From Macrostomum lignano (lineage: Eukaryota): DNA of 64,000 nucleotides. How positions within the stretch are numbered: position 1 is the stretch's first letter; the number at the start of each line of letters is the position of its first letter. Shown here piece after piece: positions 13,292 to 22,919 of the stretch. The translations under genes and the position numbers were made by a program. The notes under the pieces were generated by a model, which saw only the letters and a list, made by a program, of their open reading frames with translations, was not told where the DNA came from and did no database searches. Location: assembly GCA_002269645.1 (NCBI GenBank), contig NIVC01000696.1:372001-436000 (forward strand). Direction: 5' to 3'.

Positions 13292-13295
13292 GGAA

Positions 13296-14371
13296 TGATG
13301 TGTTCCTTATTACCAGTCCTCAACTGTAATCAAGGAACAATCACTTCTAGCTCTGTAGCTAGGCAACCCAGTAATCAAATGAAGGTATTCAATTACCTTT
13401 GAGTCCTTAAATGAGAGCTCTCGTAATAATCCTCGTCCGTAGTATCGCGATCAGTAACTTTCCTGTCCTTCAGGAAGTTTAGGCACCTGGTAACAGTTGA
13501 TCTGGTCCGTTATCTCCTTTGTCCTCTTGACTTCTTGCCGGCCGGTATCTGTAGTTCGGACCAATCGGAAGCTTCCAAATTAACAATGGGGATCCCTGCG
13601 CCAAACTGCGGTTTAATATAAGCCTACTCCTTCTAGTAGTGCCTCTATGCACTCTAGGTATGGCTCCGGAAACCACTGATAGTCTTCTAAGATCTATCAG
13701 GGGCAGTCCTTCTGGAGACTGCAACCAGTGGAGTCTAAACAGACTCAAGAGTCTCAGCAGACTCAAATAAACTCAAGTCTCAATAGACTTGAGCGAGACG
13801 TCTCAACCAACGGGCGCAAATGAGTAAGGCTTACCGCAAGAACTCGTCCACGACGCGAGTTTCTTCAGGAAGGCTTCACTAGAGCTTCCTCTTCGGAGCT
13901 TCTCTCTCTTGGAGATTTTCTGGCTCCGGGTCCGTTCCGGACCACTTGTATTTATAGGCGTTCAGACCTCTCTCGAGGTCGTACATCACTGTCTTCGCAA
14001 ATGTCAAAGGGTCACGATTCGGTGGCTGTCAAGCATGACAGGGTAGAAAGTTGCGCAACTAGTCTATTGTAAAAGCGCATGATTGGTTACCGTAGCTGGT
14101 AGACTTTGATTGGTTCATCCGGGTGCAACCCGAGTGCAAACAAAATGATGACTTGAAGGTGGGGTTTGAATTGACAGTTGTTGGTCGCACGTGATTGGGT
14201 GATTTCTAAAATTAGCATGCTCAAGGTCTCTCTCTTTCTATTGGTTAGTCAGAATATACTTATAATTCAAAGCATACCTTTATTCATGCTCTTCAACTTA
14301 CTACTGAATAAAATGTGTGAGTAGTACGTTAACACTTTTATGTCTTCTTACGGGAGGTAGAACACTCTACA
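13296..14371 (-). repeat. 3' LTR (1076 bp)
   Basis: Matches 22920-23995 at offset 9624. By eye, one mismatch (A14274 vs G23898). Confidence 0.97.
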
Positions 14372-14385
14372 AAATCTCCCATGTT
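14372..14385 (-). other. Candidate short polypurine tract
   Basis: Minus strand reads catgggagattt directly before the 3' LTR start TGTAGAG; short and imperfect. Confidence 0.4.
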
Positions 14386-14589
14386 TACAAAAAAACTCGT
14401 CCGAGTTTTAAAGAGAGGATTGAAACGCATAAAAAGTTCAAGCATGTCTTTATAATAATCATTTGTCATAAGTGTTACAGGTATTTAGTAATGGGTAGTT
14501 AAGAGCGTTGGTTATAAAAGTTATTTAAAGGTAAGTATACGCATGCAAATAAAATGTTTTTGGTTACAGTATTGACATGTGCGCCAAGA

Positions 14590-14802
14590 CTAACAATAGG
14601 CGCACTGCCGCAAACTTCTTCTACCTATCGGGCAATTCTGCCAGAGCTGAATATAATGTGAGTCGCTTGAACATTGTCCGCATATGCGATGTCTGTTTTC
14701 ACAAATAATTGGTGGCTTGACAGCCAAGTCATCAGTTAAACATATTGGGCATTCGTAGAGTTGCTGTAGTTGGGGCGCCTGTTTGGACAGTGCGTTGCCC
14801 AT
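14590..14802 (-). CDS. Element-internal 70-aa ORF: predicted N-myristoylated RING-finger (C3HC4-like) protein
   Basis: MGNALS start (Gly2, Ser6); CPIC-x(11)-CENRHRICGQC-x(12)-CPIGR, with the last ligand Cys replaced by Gly; strong Kozak context acaATGg. Lies between pol and the 3' LTR on the element's sense strand. Confidence 0.7.
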   Translation of the reverse strand: MGNALSKQAPQLQQLYECPICLTDDLAVKPPIICENRHRICGQCSSDSHYIQLWQNCPIGRRSLRQCAYC

Positions 14803-14913
14803 TGTCGTCGTCGCTTGAAGTTTGAAGTCGCTCAGATTAGTCGCCTCTTACGACAAGCTTGCGAAGCTGTAGAGCTATTCTGACCCGGTCTCTACACGGG
14901 TTGTTTTCGCAAC

Positions 14914-17900
14914 TTAACGAGGTCGCAGATTGTAGCCATGTTGCTGGTTCTCGGTTGATGTTTGTGTCTCCTCGTGTTTTGTTGCGATGTGGCGGTTCGC
15001 CGAACGCGTGCGATCAGCGTTGTCTAGTGACGGTAAAAACGTTGTCGTGTCAGTGTTGATCTTCTTTAGTCGATGAATGTGCACGTAGAATTGGTGCTGA
15101 TGAGGATCTTGCACATTGGCCAGGCGTGCCGTTGTCGGTGACGTTAGTTGGACCACTCGATATGGTCCTTTGTACTTCTGTGCGTGTTTGTGCGTCTGTT
15201 GCGGCGGATAGTGCAGGTAGACGATGTCGCCGGCTGTCAGAGTTGTCGATCTCGTGTCGGTGCCGGTGGTTAGAGCCACCTGATTGTCGATGTTGTGCTT
15301 GGCTACTTTCCATGCGAGGTGTAGTTGCGTGACGAACTTTTGAATGGACGTCGGGACTTCCACATATTGCGATGGTAGTAGTTGCTGTGCCAATAGGTTT
15401 GGCGGCTGGAAGTCTCGCCCAAACATTAGAAAGAATGGCGTATTGTCCGTTGATCGATGAATAGCGCTGTTGTAGGCCATTGTTACTGCTTGCAGATAGA
15501 TGATCCAGTCGTCCGGTTGTTGATGCGCGAAATGTGTAATCATCTCGTGTAGGTTGCGGTGAAACCTTTCAACCATGTTCGCCTTCGGATTGTAGGTCGA
15601 TGTGTAGATCTGCGTGATGTTGAGGATCTTCACCACTTGCTGAAAGAGTTGAGACGTAAACTGCGATCCATTGTCCGATGTAGGTTCTTTGGCGTACCGT
15701 ACTTGCAGATGATGTCGTTGAAGAAACCCATTGCCACTGTCTGAGCTGTGATGTCCGGTATTGGTATGGCAATAGCAAACTTTGAGAAAATGTCCAAGGC
15801 TGTTAGGATGTAGGTGTAGGCTATGCCATGGAGACAGCTCGGTGGCAGCGGTCCGGTGATGTCGATGCTGAGACAGTCCATAGTTGTTGACTTTGGTATC
15901 GATTGTAGCTGTGGTTTTTGTCGTCGTCCTGTCTTTGATGCTGCGCATGAGTGGCAGTTGTTGCAATACTGCTTGATGTCGCCATGCATGCTTGGCCAAA
16001 AGTAGTATTGCTCCACTCTTGCAATGGTTTTGGCTGCCGACAGGTGTCCAGCGAGTGGGTTGTCGTGCAGCTCGTTGAGAATTGCCTGCCTAAACGAATA
16101 TGGCATGTAGATTTTAGGTTTGTTGTCACTCATCCAGTAGAGTCGTGACTTGTTGATTGTTAAATGTTGTCGCTGCTTGCGCAGGAATTTTCGTTCCACG
16201 GGGCTGAGCTTGATGTCCTTGTCGTTGTTTTTAACTGCTATGTAGAAGTTGTCGTGTTCCGTCTCATCCACCAATTCCTTGATGTTAGGGATTGGATGAA
16301 TGGCGTTGACTTCGTAGGCTCTTGACAGGGCGTCCGCGGCCTTGTTAGTAATTCCTGGTTTGTAGACGAGCTTGTAGTTGTAGTCCTGGATCTTGAGTGT
16401 CATCCTGATGAGTCGGTTGTTTGTTTGTCCTTTTGTAGTTACGACGTAGGTCAGCGGTGCATGATCTGTGCGTACTATCGTCTGTAATGGAGATCCATAG
16501 ATGTAGTAGTGAAACTGTCGTAGGGCGAACAGAACTCCTAGTAGTTCTCGTTCCGTAGCTGACCATTTTGTCTCATTCGGTTTAAGTGCTCGACTGACGT
16601 AGGCTATAGGTCGTTCCTTTTTGTCTTCAGTTTCCTGTAGTAGGACTGCTCCGAGTCCCGTTCCTGAGGCGTCTGTCTCGATGATGAAGGGTTTGTCGAA
16701 GTCCGGATGCTGTAGCAGTGCGTCTGATGTCAGCTGTCGTTTGATTTCGTCAAAACTTTCTTGTTGCTTTTGTGTCCAATTCTCCTGCTTCCATTTGTCG
16801 AACTTGAGCAGGTCGTACAGCGGCTTTGCTGTCTTCGCGAAGTTGGGTAAGAACTTTCGGAAGTATTGCGCAAGTCCAAGAAATGATTGGACCTTCGTTA
16901 TGCTAGTTGGCGTAGGAAACTTTTTCACTTTATCCACGTTGTCTGGGTCCGGTGAAATTCCTTTGGCTGTCACCTGATGTCCCAGGTAACGCACGTTGTC
17001 TCGGAAGAATTTGCATTTAGTTGGTTGTAGCTTAAGTCCTTGTCGTTGATAAGCGCGAGGGCCTTCTCCGTCGCTTCATAGAGTCGTTCGAAGTCTTCTC
17101 CGTAGGCCAAGATGTCGTCAACATAGTGCAACAGGTTCGTGCATCCTGCAAGCATGTATGCTGTTAGTCGGCTCATCGTTGCTGGGCTGTTGCTGAGTCC
17201 CATCGGCGATCGATTGTACTCGTATACTTGTCCATTGTAGGTTTTGAAAGCCGTGTACTGTCGTGACTCTTTCTCGATTTCAATTTGCCAAAATCCATGA
17301 CGTAGGTCGAACACTGTGAACAATTTTGCCGTGTTGAGCTTTGCTAGTAGTTCGGAGATCTTCGGTAGGCTTTGCTGATCCGTCGGTATGTACTTGTTCA
17401 GTAGTCTGAAGTCACATACGAGTCGTCTTTCGTTAGTCTCCTTCTTTTGTACCAGAGACGGTGAGGAGTAGCTGAAATGGCTTTGCTGATGATGCCGTGT
17501 TTAGCATTTTGTCGATAATTCATCGAAGTGTGTTGCAGATGCTTGGCGATCGGGTACGGTTTGCACTGAATTGGTTCCGTGTGCGGCAGAAGTTTGATTT
17601 CCTGTTTGATGTCCTTGGCTCGTCCGATGTCGTAGTCATGGTGGCAGAAAGCGTCGTTGTACTTCCACAACAGCTGTCGAACTTTCCTCTTTTGCTGTTC
17701 CGTAATCGGGCTGTCATCCAAATTGATCTTCTTTTGAAATTCTTCCTCTGTTAGTCGTGGAGTCGCTTGCTCAATCAGCATAACCGATGCTTGGGTGTTG
17801 AGATGACCGATGCACATTCCTTGTCGTAGATGAACCGTTTCTGTGTTCGGGTTGAATATTTGTACTGGCAGCTGTTTATCTTTTGCAACCAGTACTAGTG

Positions 17901-18636
17901 CCGTAGGCATCATAATTTGGTGTTTAGCCGTGACTCTTCTGTTTGGGTCGAATATCATTGCTTCCTCCGTTGCGTTAGTTGCCTTTGCCTTTATCCAGCA
18001 GGCGCTCTCCGGTTGGATGATGACATCTTGTTGCAATGTTACTTTTGGTAGTACTCGGATCTGGTTGATCAATGGTTGTTCTACCGAGTCGATCTTGAAC
18101 GTTTGCTTATTGAAGTCGAAGGTCAATGGTAGTCGAAGCTGCTTGAACGTGTCGATGCCAACAATAACGTCCTGGTTTGGGAGTCTGTCGATGACGTACG
18201 TTGGAACTGTCAAGTGTTTATTAGCGATTCTTAAATCAATGTCGGCTTTTCCCAGAATGTTTAGCGAATGTCCTCCTGCTCCTGCAACTGCGATTGTTGC
18301 TGGCCGTAGAGCAAGTCGTAGCTTGTTGCACAGTTGTTTTGATATAACTGTGATGGAGCTGCCGGAATCGAGTAGCGCTCGACATGGTAGATTGTTGATT
18401 ACCACTTGAGCCATGGCTTTGCCAATTTCGGCGTGTAGAGTACATACGTAGTTCTCTGGCCATTTTGGGTCTTGCTGTTCTGCTTGATAGTTGGGTGGTT
18501 GTATTCTTGGTGCCGTTGGTGTTGTCGGAATCGATGGATATAGCCGCGTTGCTAGTGTCGGTTGCCCTTGAACCTCACGATGTGCAGTTTCTGTTAGTTC
18601 TAAACTGTTGTCGCCTTCCGTTGTCGTTCTTTGCAT
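14914..18636 (-). CDS. pol: Pol polyprotein (aspartic protease, RT, RNase H, integrase), with frame breaks in this sequence
   Basis: ALLDSGSSITVI (protease); RRLVCDFRLLN, DLRHGFWQI and YVDD (RT); ETDAS, ERELL and RTDH (RNase H); HHCC, IDITGPL, SDNGSQF and VERF (integrase); C-terminal YNLRPR. Spread over ORF-track segments 17398..18945, 16970..17323, 15630..16994 and 14914..15999. Confidence 0.95.
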
Positions 18637-21600
18637 TATGGCATTAACTGTCTTCTTAGCTTTGGACAAGTTTGACTGAAGCACCGTACGATCGACGAAA
18701 TGATGAAGATTGCCGTGACAATCCACACAATGCAAGCACCGTAGAAGATGAATCCTTGATAGAGACTGCCTCTTCCATTGAGCAGCTCCCAGAAGCTGTT
18801 TGTCCAAAATGATTTGATGGCGCTGTCCATTGAAACAAGGACGGGAAATCTTCCTGTCCCGGTTCCTTTGTCCTTTCTTGTGAACAGCTGGTGAATCATC
18901 TTGCGTTGGGTGATGAACGCTTGCAAGAAGTCGTTGATCGTCCATCCTGGTGTTATCTCGTCAAGTTGGATATCGGCGAATGGCGTATACTTCGTTCTGT
19001 TGAATCGGATTTTCAAATCCTCCATGTCGTAGTTTTCGTCGACGATTACTTCCGGTTCTGTGATGTTTGCTGTCGTTCCAGTTGTTTTGATGACGTGTAG
19101 TGCATTGTCCAGTTGATAATAGTTTGCTGCCGTGGTGCAAGGTCTCGGTATTGCGGTGCCAACGATGATGTTGTGTACCGTGTCCAAGAATCCCTGAATT
19201 CGTTTTCCTTCGTAGAACGCTTCAATCCTTGGCTTGTCGTAGCAGGTTGTTGACGTGTTCGACGGCAAGATGTTAAAGTGCTGTATCGGCGTGCACTTGT
19301 ATATCAACAGATGCTCGTATATTGGAACTGCCAAAACGTTCGTCATTCCGGTGATTTTACGAAAAGTCATCGTAGGGTTGACATAGTAGTTTTGTCTGGC
19401 ATAATTTAAGTTGATTGCGTGCATTTTGCAAGTTAGCTGGACCAGTGTTCGATGCAAGTGGTTTAACTGGTTGTGTAGATTGTGATCCAAAGCCGTTATC
19501 TTTGCTGACAGTAGTCGGTTTGACACCAGTTTGGGACGTTCGATGTCTCGTCGTCGTCTGTTCTGTTGTTCCTGCTGTTGATACGTTCCGTTGATGATCG
19601 CCAGAAAGGTTTGTTTGTCGTCTTCTTTTACGTAGACTGGTATCTCTTGTTCCGAGATGAATAGTGTCTTGTCTGTATCCTTGCATTTCAGTTTTTGCTC
19701 GACTGGTTTCTTTTGAAATGTCAGTGCCAAGTCTCCTGACTTTGCCAAAAACGTGTTTGACAGTAGACCTCCTTCAACTGTGTGATACTTTTGAAGCTTG
19801 CAGTCAATTTCCGGCTCAACTTCCCACGCGAAGAAGTATTGTCGTGACTTAGATGGTTCTTCATATCGTGAGTCGCCTCTGCGTATTATTTGCCATCGAT
19901 AGTCTTGATGATATGTTGGACTCAACGGTAAGCTGTATAGTTCCTCATTCCGCAGTATCGGCGTTGGACACCATCCTTTGCTGTATCGGCAGTCACTTAA
20001 TTGCAGTTGTAGCGACTCCATTTTTTCAAAAGGATTGTGGTAGAATGGAATATTCCTGATTAGGTAACTGTTTCGTGTCATGTAGTTAGTCCATGCTTCC
20101 GAAAAGTGTACATATCGTCCGTTTGCTGAGTTCTTCGTTCGGTAAAGTTGTGCCTCCCCCACTTTCTCATCCGGTTCTAGCTGACCATCCTTTGAGAACA
20201 GTGTTTGGTTCCATTGTAGACATTCAGCGTGCGACACATGTAGTTCGTGTTGCCAAAATCGAATTCTGTTCCATTGTCCTCGCCAAACTTTTTCCACTAG
20301 GTGCTTGTCTCTAAAGCACACTATTCCGAGTTGTCGATGCTTCTTGATGTTAGCTTTGTAGAGATCAATTGTGATCTTCTTTGGCTTCGTCTGATTTGTC
20401 TTGAAGTAGCTGCATTTGATGTCGGTTGGTATCTTGTAGATCATCGGTTGGATATGCGCATCCGTTGGACATATCATTGGTTTCTCCATTGCTGTTGCTT
20501 TGGTGACTACTGCCGTCAGTAGTATTATGATGATCCAGAATATCCAGAGTCGCCATTTTCTGAACGTTGCCGTTGTCTTTGCTGGCATTGGCTGCGGCTG
20601 CCATTCGTTATCTTCTACGTCCGCATCGTATTCTTCCTCTTGTTCCATTGGCGTTTCCGAGCGCAAGGCATCCGATTCGTTCCGCTGCTTGTCGTCTTCA
20701 TCGTTTTCTTCCTTGCTTTCTTCCGATGTTGTAGTTGTGTCACTCCATTGTCTGCGGTACCTCACTTCGGCCTTGTAGTCGACCGTTTGGATGTAGGCTT
20801 CACCATTTCGTTTATAGCGGATCTCGTAGCATTGATCGCTGTCGGAGCTTAGATTTCTTTCTTCCATTCCTTTGTGCCTTCCGTCTTCATGTTCTTTGTC
20901 GGCGGCTTGGTTGTCATCAGCGTCATTCTGCATCTCATAATCGTGATCGCTGCTTTCTTCTTGCTGTTCTTCTTCCATCTCCGCATTTCCGTCGTTGCTT
21001 CTTTCGTTGTCATCCTTCGTTGCCGGTTCCTTGTCGTTGCCTTTGTTTGTTTCTTCTTTTCTTTCATTGATGTCGCTTGGCAATGTTTTTTCTGTGCTCA
21101 CTTCTGCCTTTTCTTCTTCGCTGTCAATGTTAGTTTCTTTCATTTCGACCATGCTGATGTTTTTTGTCTTTTCGCTGCTCTCCGCATCGAGCCAGTCGAT
21201 TTCATTGATAGTGAAGTCCATTTCTAAGTCGTCTATCGTGAAGACTTGCTGCTCTTGCTGTTCGCTTTCCGGTGTGTACGTGATGGCGTTTGCATATCGT
21301 TGCATCGCTTGCGTTGGTTGCTTGGGCATGTATCTGGTGTTTCGCGGTCTGTAGCCATTGTTTCCGAAGCGTTTCGTGTTTTGCTGCTGCCAATTTTGAT
21401 GTTGTTGCCATGGTTTTTGCGGCTTCCTTCTGTTGAATGGCTGTCGCTGCATGTCATTTCTTGTTGACCGATGAGGACAATGTATTTGGTAGTGTCCTTC
21501 TCGTCCGCAGTAATAGCATCTGGCTTGGGCTCGTTCATTTCGTCTTTTTTGTTCGGCGATAACGGCTGTTTGATGTTGCATCAATTTGTTTAGTTGCTGT

Positions 21601-22223
21601 GTCAGTTTCTGCACTTCTGTGTTGCCGGTTGTCATTAGTGGAGCGCTTGCTTCCCACTGCATTCCGCACCGTAAAAGGTCTTCCTCGGTTTCAATGTTTT
21701 CGCGTAGAAGTCTATCTCGGAGTGACGGCTGTGCATTGTTTATTACGTGCAGAATCAGATTTTGTTCGCGATCCATCAATCGCTGTCGCTCTCTAGCGGC
21801 TAATTCTGCCGCACCCAGAGGTGGTTGGTCTGCAGCTGGCAGTGTTGGCTGATGCAGTGCCTTAATTATCTGACGGATGTCGTCCACAAAGGTCAGGAAG
21901 GATTCGGTTGGCTGCATCCTTCTGTTATGCAACTTGTGCAGTAGCACTGATCTGTTTGTGCCACAGCGGTTGAAATGTGCGCGCAGTTGAATGATTAATG
22001 CTGGGTAGTTTTGCTGTGTTGCCGCGTCTAGTTTACCATAAATCTCTCGTGCAGTGCCTTGGAGGAGTGGTGGCAACAGTTGCGCTTTTTCTGGATTTTG
22101 TAGGTTGTATTCCCTACATACCAGGTCAAAATGATCAACAAAGGTGTTAAAGTCTTTTTCCATAGAAAAGGTGCCAACTGTCTCTTTGATATCTCTGTGC
22201 ACCGTTGGATTGCGCCGCGCCAT
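18636..22223 (-). CDS. 1195-aa Gag-Env fusion ORF: Gypsy Gag, CCHC, acidic linker, internal signal anchor, class III (gB-like) fusion glycoprotein, TM
   Basis: Gag N-terminus FVDHFDLVC...KAQLLPPLLQGTAREIY; CYYCGREGHYQIHC at 21477-21518; hydrophobic RKWRLWIFWIIIILLTAVVTKA at ~20495-20560; RRRR furin site at 19548-19559; gB-like motifs; six N-glycosylation sequons; C-terminal TM at ~18690-18765. No stop codon across the ORF. Confidence 0.9.
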   Translation of the reverse strand: MARRNPTVHRDIKETVGTFSMEKDFNTFVDHFDLVCREYNLQNPEKAQLLPPLLQGTAREIYGKLDAATQQNYPALIIQLRAHFNRCGTNRSVLLHKLHNRRMQPTESFLTFVDDIRQIIKALHQPTLPAADQPPLGAAELAARERQRLMDREQNLILHVINNAQPSLRDRLLRENIETEEDLLRCGMQWEASAPLMTTGNTEVQKLTQQLNKLMQHQTAVIAEQKRRNERAQARCYYCGREGHYQIHCPHRSTRNDMQRQPFNRRKPQKPWQQHQNWQQQNTKRFGNNGYRPRNTRYMPKQPTQAMQRYANAITYTPESEQQEQQVFTIDDLEMDFTINEIDWLDAESSEKTKNISMVEMKETNIDSEEEKAEVSTEKTLPSDINERKEETNKGNDKEPATKDDNERSNDGNAEMEEEQQEESSDHDYEMQNDADDNQAADKEHEDGRHKGMEERNLSSDSDQCYEIRYKRNGEAYIQTVDYKAEVRYRRQWSDTTTTSEESKEENDEDDKQRNESDALRSETPMEQEEEYDADVEDNEWQPQPMPAKTTATFRKWRLWIFWIIIILLTAVVTKATAMEKPMICPTDAHIQPMIYKIPTDIKCSYFKTNQTKPKKITIDLYKANIKKHRQLGIVCFRDKHLVEKVWRGQWNRIRFWQHELHVSHAECLQWNQTLFSKDGQLEPDEKVGEAQLYRTKNSANGRYVHFSEAWTNYMTRNSYLIRNIPFYHNPFEKMESLQLQLSDCRYSKGWCPTPILRNEELYSLPLSPTYHQDYRWQIIRRGDSRYEEPSKSRQYFFAWEVEPEIDCKLQKYHTVEGGLLSNTFLAKSGDLALTFQKKPVEQKLKCKDTDKTLFISEQEIPVYVKEDDKQTFLAIINGTYQQQEQQNRRRRDIERPKLVSNRLLSAKITALDHNLHNQLNHLHRTLVQLTCKMHAINLNYARQNYYVNPTMTFRKITGMTNVLAVPIYEHLLIYKCTPIQHFNILPSNTSTTCYDKPRIEAFYEGKRIQGFLDTVHNIIVGTAIPRPCTTAANYYQLDNALHVIKTTGTTANITEPEVIVDENYDMEDLKIRFNRTKYTPFADIQLDEITPGWTINDFLQAFITQRKMIHQLFTRKDKGTGTGRFPVLVSMDSAIKSFWTNSFWELLNGRGSLYQGFIFYGACIVWIVTAIFIISSIVRCFSQTCPKLRRQLMP

Positions 22224-22899
22224 GTTGTTGATGGGATAGAACGGTAGCTCTAGGTCTGGGTCGATTTGTAATGGATCTTCCAGTGTGGTGTTTCTTTCGA
22301 AATAAACTTCGGTTGTAACTGATTGTCTCGCGGCGCTTTTGACACCTCAATTTGTTATGTCTGACCTTGAACGGAATTCGGCTTTTGGCTGCTTTTTCTG
22401 ACCTCTTATTCGCTGGCTGATTTTCGCACTTATGCGGCGTCCCGCAAAGTGTATCTTTAAAGTGCTTGAAGTGCAGCTGCTTCTTGCTTTTTTCAAAGGC
22501 CTTTCTTGTCTTCGTGACGTGCCTTGTCACGTTTTATCAAATTTCGGTTTGTTTTAGCTTTCGTCAAGTGTTTTTAATTTCGGTTTTGTTTTAATGTGTA
22601 TTGATTATTTTTCGGTTTGTTTTCAGTGTACCGGACGTTGTTTTCGGTTTTGTTTAAGGTTTACTCTTGCTCGAGCTCGTTAAAAACAAAAATTTAACAC
22701 GCGTGCTCAAACGTTACTCAAAATTGACAGGTACTCAAGCCTGTATATCTAAACTTTTACTCGAGTTTCAAATCGTACAAAAATCGAAAAGTGTCGGAAA
22801 GTGTTACCTTTAACACGTGCGCGCAAAATTAATGAAGTCGCTCTTTCGTCACTTTACAATAGCTTGGCCAGGCTATTGCTCAAAAGTTTGAGTAGTGCC

Positions 22900-22917
22900 G
22901 AGAGGGCGAGATCACCA
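22900..22917 (-). other. Primer-binding site TGGTGATCTCGCCCTCTC, 2 nt inside the 5' LTR
   Basis: Begins TGG (complement of tRNA CCA) after an AT spacer following the LTR end ...CACATCA. Confidence 0.75.
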
Positions 22918-22919
22918 AT

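Noticed and set aside
13291-13295. 5-bp TSD AGGAA
   Set aside because: It would remove the terminal A of the conserved CA; a 4-bp GGAA TSD keeps TG...CA ends and gives both LTRs 1076 bp.
13479-13766. 95-aa ORF duplicated in both LTRs (also 23103..23390)
   Set aside because: It has a non-ATG start and no motif; it is duplicated only because the LTRs are.
17843-18409. 188-aa and other antisense ORFs across pol and gag-env
   Set aside because: They are shadows of the A/C-rich coding strand with no motifs or proper starts.
18636-18945. -1 ribosomal frameshift from gag-env into pol within the 310-nt overlap
   Set aside because: I saw no canonical slippery heptamer by eye, and a shift before the TM would place Pol in the lumen. 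The TAATG junction is the simpler explanation, though a frameshift is not formally excluded.
21990-22010. YPAL as an ALIX-type late domain in Gag
   Set aside because: It lies inside the predicted folded capsid region, and such a short motif is expected by chance.
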